Below are positions 59,701-64,000 of a stretch of 64,000 nucleotides of DNA, piece by piece. Within the stretch, counting starts at the first letter, position 1. Every line of letters begins with the position of its first letter. The stretch lies in contig NC_079169.1 in NCBI RefSeq assembly GCF_947568905.1, positions 15,686,001-15,750,000 of the forward strand, read 5' to 3'. A program made the position numbers and the translations under genes. This stretch comes from Ostrea edulis. Its lineage: Eukaryota. The notes under the pieces are model-generated. The model was not told the origin of the DNA. It saw only the letters and a list, made by a program, of their open reading frames with translations, and searched no databases.

Positions 59701-62700
59701 ATAATATACTAATAGTTAATAAGATAGTTCATAATTATGTTGTGTTATATTTTCTGTAAGCATATGATATAAAAATCATGACATGGCAATCATTATATTA
59801 CATTCTACGTCAGATCTCAGTATTTTTATGTTGGCCTTCGAGTCGAAATGCTCTCAAGCTGATACAAAGTGACCACTGGGTGATATAGGATGCAACAAAA
59901 GTGTCACATGATAATCCATATAATTAGTGTGTGTTTCTAATTTAATTTCATGTAAAGTATTTATCATCGTAAACTTTTAGTATAAAGTAATGTGTGTATG
60001 TTTTCAGTCGGTTGGCCATTATTGACATCAGTGGGGTCCTGACCTTTTTCGACCTTGACACAAAAATCACGGATCAAGATGGCAAAGAGATTGTAGGAGA
60101 ACAGCTGAAGTTTGAGAGGAAGGATGTGTGGGACATGAGATGGGCTGAGGTAACAGGCTACCTGTAAATTTATAAAGATCGACAAACTTGATTGGACACA
60201 ATGTCACCAAGTTTTTACTCTCTATTTCTGCAATAAAAAAAAAATCAACTGATAGTTTGATTTTATTTAAGTTATTTTTGAATGTAGGATATTAGTTTAT
60301 GGTTTGCACATCTTTGGAAAATTTTACTTTTTCCAAATATAGTAACTTTAATTGCTCTGTCGTAACCGTGTTTGTGATTGTTGCAGTGCACTTGTAAATT
60401 TGTAAGTTGTTTGTATTGAGAACAGATAGGTAATGTGAACATGTTCTACATTTCAGGACAACCCAGAGTTGTTCGCCATGACAGAGAAAACACGAATGTA
60501 TATATTTAGAAACTTGGACCCAGAGGTAAAGTCATTTCACGCCATTTGTCAAACAAAGATTTCAGCTGAATTTGTAAATATCATTTAAGGTTGTATCTTC
60601 TCAATTCCTTTTGTCAGCTTATTCCAAACTTGTTTTTGGATTACTTCATTTGCCATTTTATTTTATAGTGTTGAGGAAATAAGTCTTGTATTTGATAGGC
60701 ATTTAGTTTTATATGATTCACCTCCAACATTTACAGTGTTCTGACTTAGAATGAATTTATTATGAAAATCCATATTTTTCCCTTTGATTAACTCATACTG
60801 TATATAGACATCCAAGGTGAGAAAATCTGAATAATATATAGCTGTGATCAAATCAGAATAGTCTTTCTCAAACTTTTAACTCAATCTGCTTTCTAAAAGT
60901 GACCTATATAGGAGAGTGTGTAGTACTGATGGTTTATGGGATTTCCGTTTTGTAGTTGTACATTGTCAATCTTTTGAGCCTTTTTTCCCCTTCAGATATT
61001 TGTTGTGTTTTAGACTTCTCACATTTTAAATGTCTTGCATGCTAGACTGAACAAAATTACACAGTGTTACAGTAGAAAGCACAGCTGTTAGGGAATCTCT
61101 TTGGGGGAAAAAAAAAATAAATTCATTTTTGAATTCTAAGTTATGATTTGAATACTACTCAGTTTTATGTTTGTATATTAAGTTGTATTTTCCCTGTGTT
61201 TTCTAAAGTTGCTAAGAGTATGATACATGTTAAACACATTTCTGTCTGCCAGGAAGATATTCGTAATGTGTGGTATCCATTGAATTTTGATAGTTTGCAC
61301 ATTTAGGATGTGAAATATGAAAGAGCTTAAAAAATGATACAGCCTGAATGTTATTACTTGGATTTGTTGAATAAGTTTAAAGCTTCTCCACTGGAATGTC
61401 ATTTCTCTTGTGTACCAAATGAATACAGAAAGTCTTTGCTTGATTTCTTCAGGAGCCCATTTTGAGCAGTGGTTATATTTGCCAGTTCAATGACCTGCAG
61501 ATTAAGTCGGTTTTATTGGACGAGATCATGAAGGACCCAGAAAATCCTACAAAAGACAACATGGCTGAAATGGAAATTAAGGTGATTTAAACAAATTTTA
61601 AAGTTTTGTGGTTGTACATTATTTCACCTGCTGCAAACAAAGTTTAGGGGTTTATAGGGATCACCCTGTCTGGCTGTCTGTCTGTCCCCTGGGTAAGGTC
61701 TTTTGAACTCAATAGTGAAAAAAGAATAGAGAATTCATGTCTGAGCCTTAACTTCATAACAAAACAATAATAGATGTGTCATGTGATCAAGCTACCATCA
61801 CTGGAAGAAAAAAAAATTATATTATTGTCCGACTATACATGTACATGTATTTAACTGTGTATAACATAGAAGTATGTAAATAAACAAGGTCAAGGTCACT
61901 CTGAGAAAAAGTGCAATATTATTCTTCAACCTTTATATGGTGCATGCTCGGGATCTCTTCATGCGTCACAATTTCTGGACTAAGCTTCATCTGGTGCATG
62001 CTCAGGACCTCTTCATGCATCACAATTTCTGGACTAATTCGATATTGACAATGTCACGGTCAGTGGAGGAAATTTTTGTAATAGAGAAACATCATACACT
62101 CTTCCTTGACACAAATGTTGCTCCACACTCATTATGTTTCTCAGCCCTCCACTAAATCGTTCAACAGGTCAAGGTCACAGGAGTTAGAATCATAGTTTTA
62201 ATTGTAACCTTGTAATTCAGGGATTGTAGATATTTGTTAGATTTAACTTTATTTTACTATGATTAGCAAACAAGTTCTAAATCTTATAATTATGCTTCTT
62301 GTCGGCTCAGACATTGGTATGAAGGGGTAATTGATGTGGAAGGAAACCGAAGTACCCGGAGGAAACCAAAGTACCCGGAGGAAACCACAGTGGGTGACCA
62401 CAATGCCCTCTCACATACAACCACTGCTGATAGTGGTGATTGATTTCAGGTCACAGCTGTGAGAAGCAATGTGACAATCAATCATGTGACAGTTTTGAGA
62501 AGACGTGTGTAGGGAGGTTAGAACAGGCCTAGTTTACCCTGGCCGTGTCGGAGGTTAGAACAGGCCTAGTTTACCCTGGCTGTGTCAGAGGTTAGAACAG
62601 GCCTAGTTTACCCTGGCCGTGTCGGAGGTTAGAACAGGCCTAGTTTACCCTGGCCGTGTCGGAGGTTAGAACAGGCCTAGTTTACCCTGGGCGTGTCGGA

Positions 62701-64000
62701 GGTTAGAACAGGCCTAGTTTACCCTGGGCGTGTCGGAGGTTAGAACAGGCCTAGTTTACCCTGGCTGTGTCGGAGGTTAGAACAGGCCTAGTTTACCCTG
62801 GCCGTGTCGGAGGTTAGAACAGGCCTAGTTTACCCTGGCCCTGTCAGAGACGCGTCTTTATGTTGTATGTTACTCACCAACATTTTATCGTGAATTATCA
62901 GAATTTTGTTCACTGAGTGACTTTTATTTCAGTCTCTAAGAGATACACGAGATTTGCTGGAGAAAGTTGGGATCAACGATGCCCAGCAGTTTATTGAGGA
63001 CAACCCTCACCCCAGGCTCTGGTAATTCTACAAAACAATCATGCAAACTTTCGTGACGAATTTTCTGTTAAAAATTTCCTTTGTTCAATTTTTACGTCAT
63101 TCATGCATTCATTAGCATCATTACATGTATGTTATTGGTAATCAATAGCAGTCTCTATTTAAAAAATATTTGGTGTTGTTGGGCCCCTTGTCAACCTTTT
63201 TTCAATTCATTCCCCATGAAATTTTATTTTGTCCTGTATGCTTAACACAAACAATTGCTAATTCTAAGGACTGAATAGATGCTACACAATATTCTTCATG
63301 ATTTTCCCGAAATTGACCTATCATGACATGCTGACGAATGAAACAGAACAAGATATAAGTAATTTACAGTACAATTTACATTTACCAATGTTTGGTCAAT
63401 AATAACCTGATGCTGTTTCCATGGATTTCATTTCTTGATAAAAGAAATGACTATTCAATTTGTCAGAAATTTTCTATAAAGAAACAACTTGCTCAAATTA
63501 CAAAATATAGATAAAAGGAATAATCACCAGGCATTCTGGTTTGTTTGTATTATTGGGGATATTAAAACCAGTGAAAGCTGCTTCTCCATGCTCTCATTTT
63601 TTGTTTTTACAAAAGAACTTATGACTTACGACCAACTTTACATACTGAAATTTTCCAGTTTATTGTAAGATTCTTCACTTCAGATGTAAAATATCTTTTT
63701 TAAATGTTGAAAATTCTCAGAAAAGTTTTACTTCATTCATTTAAAGTAATAACTGTGTAATACAATTTAAGACTTGCGACTTTGTAGTAAGTTGTTTTGT
63801 AAAACAGGCCCCCGGACGTTTATTCCATTTAGAAATACTTTCATGCATTCACCATACTTTCATACTATTTTATTTCGGCATTGTAGAATACAGAGATTAA
63901 AAAGCTGTGGTGCATTTTATTGTTTTATACTGGTTTGATTACTAATTTCTACATATTTTTTTTTCTTTACAGGCGATTATTAGCAGAGTCAGCCTTAGAA
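37140..64000 (+). CDS. WDR35: WD repeat-containing protein 35 / IFT121 (IFT-A), spliced, 3'-partial
   Basis: Phase-consistent exons 37140-37163, 40609-40726, 43233-43307, 43715-43807, 43916-44017, 44833-44912, 46089-46169, 46837-47002, 48459-48604, 50897-51022, 51172-51264, 51833-51925, 52431-52627, 54282-54354, 56657-56710, 58017-58126, 60008-60149, 60457-60525, 61453-61581, 62933-63021, 63973-. Product [98 protein letters not shown], near-identical to recalled vertebrate WDR35. Confidence 0.97.
38235..38510 (-). mobile_element. RTE-clade LINE reverse-transcriptase fragment in WDR35 intron 1
   Basis: [55 protein letters not shown]. Confidence 0.85.
39826..39990. repeat. ~55-bp tandem repeat x3 with poly-C spacers
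   Basis: cacctacatcattacggagatcctaaggagttgtaatg + C-run. Confidence 0.85.
40362..40580. repeat. 36-bp tandem repeat x6 just upstream of WDR35 exon 2 acceptor
   Basis: ttcattagtattaattagtaaatacgtgttaagata units. Confidence 0.9.
41640..42655. repeat. 16-bp minisatellite x~60
   Basis: c(g/a)ggtacatccattgt; homogeneous core, degenerate right edge. Confidence 0.97.
45070..45920. repeat. 23-bp minisatellite x~35 attached to the right TIR of the MITE family seen at 24555
   Basis: ggggatagaaaacacacaggctc units ending in ttggataatgatatt..aaccacaaaccatgggagatcctata. Confidence 0.9.
47490..47930. repeat. 58/73-bp tandem repeat x~7
   Basis: catgtcagacaggtgataataagatgtagagggacaatggatatatagctgatattta with internal 15-bp duplication in later copies. 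Confidence 0.9.
47942..48124. repeat. 61-bp tandem repeat x3
   Basis: ttatcctcatttagctattcttttgatgtgtactgtagaatctttgttttacacgaatact x3. Confidence 0.9.
48759..50789 (-). mobile_element. ~2-kb Kolobok-like DNA transposon derivative with decayed THAP-domain ORF
   Basis: ttaa|aggacacatctcatgttt ... aaacatgcgttgtgtcct|ttaa (17/19 TIR match). Minus 50487-50194 reads [15 protein letters not shown]..(RKKTWIFF in another frame)..KNFT..SHLF, a frameshifted THAP pattern. Confidence 0.75.
49997..50150. mobile_element. ~155-bp palindromic MITE (TA-flanked, Tc1/mariner-like) nested in the Kolobok-like element
   Basis: ta|ctacagtaacttcatccgaagagttggatcac..tgacagg.gcggatcatcagatca / tgatctgatgatccgc.cctgtca..gtgatccgactcttcggatgaagttgctgtag|ta; nearly the whole element folds back. 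Confidence 0.8.
51320..51600. repeat. 33/43-bp tandem repeat x~7
   Basis: gaagcataaagttagagaggtgtggagacttctccctcctcat variants. Confidence 0.88.
52650..53140. repeat. 52-bp tandem repeat x~9 merging into a Tc1-like TIR (tacagtcaaacctgtattaag)
   Basis: catgtacaatgtatgtatatctgacatcaagctgtacagtcaggctatctca units. Confidence 0.9.
54085..54186. repeat. 35-bp tandem repeat x3
   Basis: tttggataaatttgcgtagtagataattgttcaga. Confidence 0.85.
58123..58920 (+). repeat. 47-bp tandem array x~17 starting at a WDR35 5' splice site
   Basis: Unit ccag|gttagtctggcagtgtagctgtcgctgacagtgatgtctgtgt; the first ccag|gttagt is the real donor of exon 58017-58126. Confidence 0.95.
59190..59580. repeat. ~33-bp tandem repeat followed by inverted copies (foldback)
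   Basis: ttttctgacattctctgtctttattatacactc units to ~59480, then ataaagacagagaatgtcagaaagg.. (reverse complement). Confidence 0.8.
62330..62480 (-). mobile_element. SINE fragment with V-domain-like core
   Basis: ggaaaccgaagtacccggaggaaacc is the reverse complement of GGTTTCCTCCGGGTACT(C)CGGTTTCC, the conserved V-SINE-type motif; duplicated here. Confidence 0.55.
62513..62848. repeat. 37-bp tandem repeat x9
   Basis: gaggttagaacaggcctagtttaccctggccgtgtcg units. Confidence 0.95.

Noticed and set aside
59149-59712. ORFs of 102 and 179 aa
   Set aside because: Derived from the 33-bp tandem/inverted repeat.

Overview
Eukaryotic, AT-rich, intron-rich genomic DNA, most likely from an oyster or related bivalve. 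This is inferred from a Helentron carrying a ~166-bp HindIII satellite, an intronless B-box/NHL TRIM-like gene, and the repeat families present. Two head-to-head pairs of conserved spliced genes frame the window. PHF14 (-, 17 coding exons here, 3' end runs off the left edge) faces an NDUFA4/COXFA4-like gene (+). RPL30 (-, complete, 115 aa) faces WDR35/IFT121 (+, 21 coding exons here, runs off the right edge). Between the pairs (~18-34 kb) is a TE-dense island with the TRIM-like gene, IS3EU-like foldback elements, Kolobok-like MITEs, Penelope-like fragments and a LINE split by a Helentron. Introns are packed with minisatellites. The most unusual pattern is that at least three arrays are tandem amplifications of an authentic exon 3' end plus its 5' splice site, giving ladders of decoy donors. 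Other arrays are seeded at TE termini. No prokaryotic-type system (CRISPR etc.) is present. Nearly all short ORFs in the supplied track are repeat artefacts or exon read-throughs. All gene calls come from manual splicing/translation and remembered homologue sequences; no database search was run.
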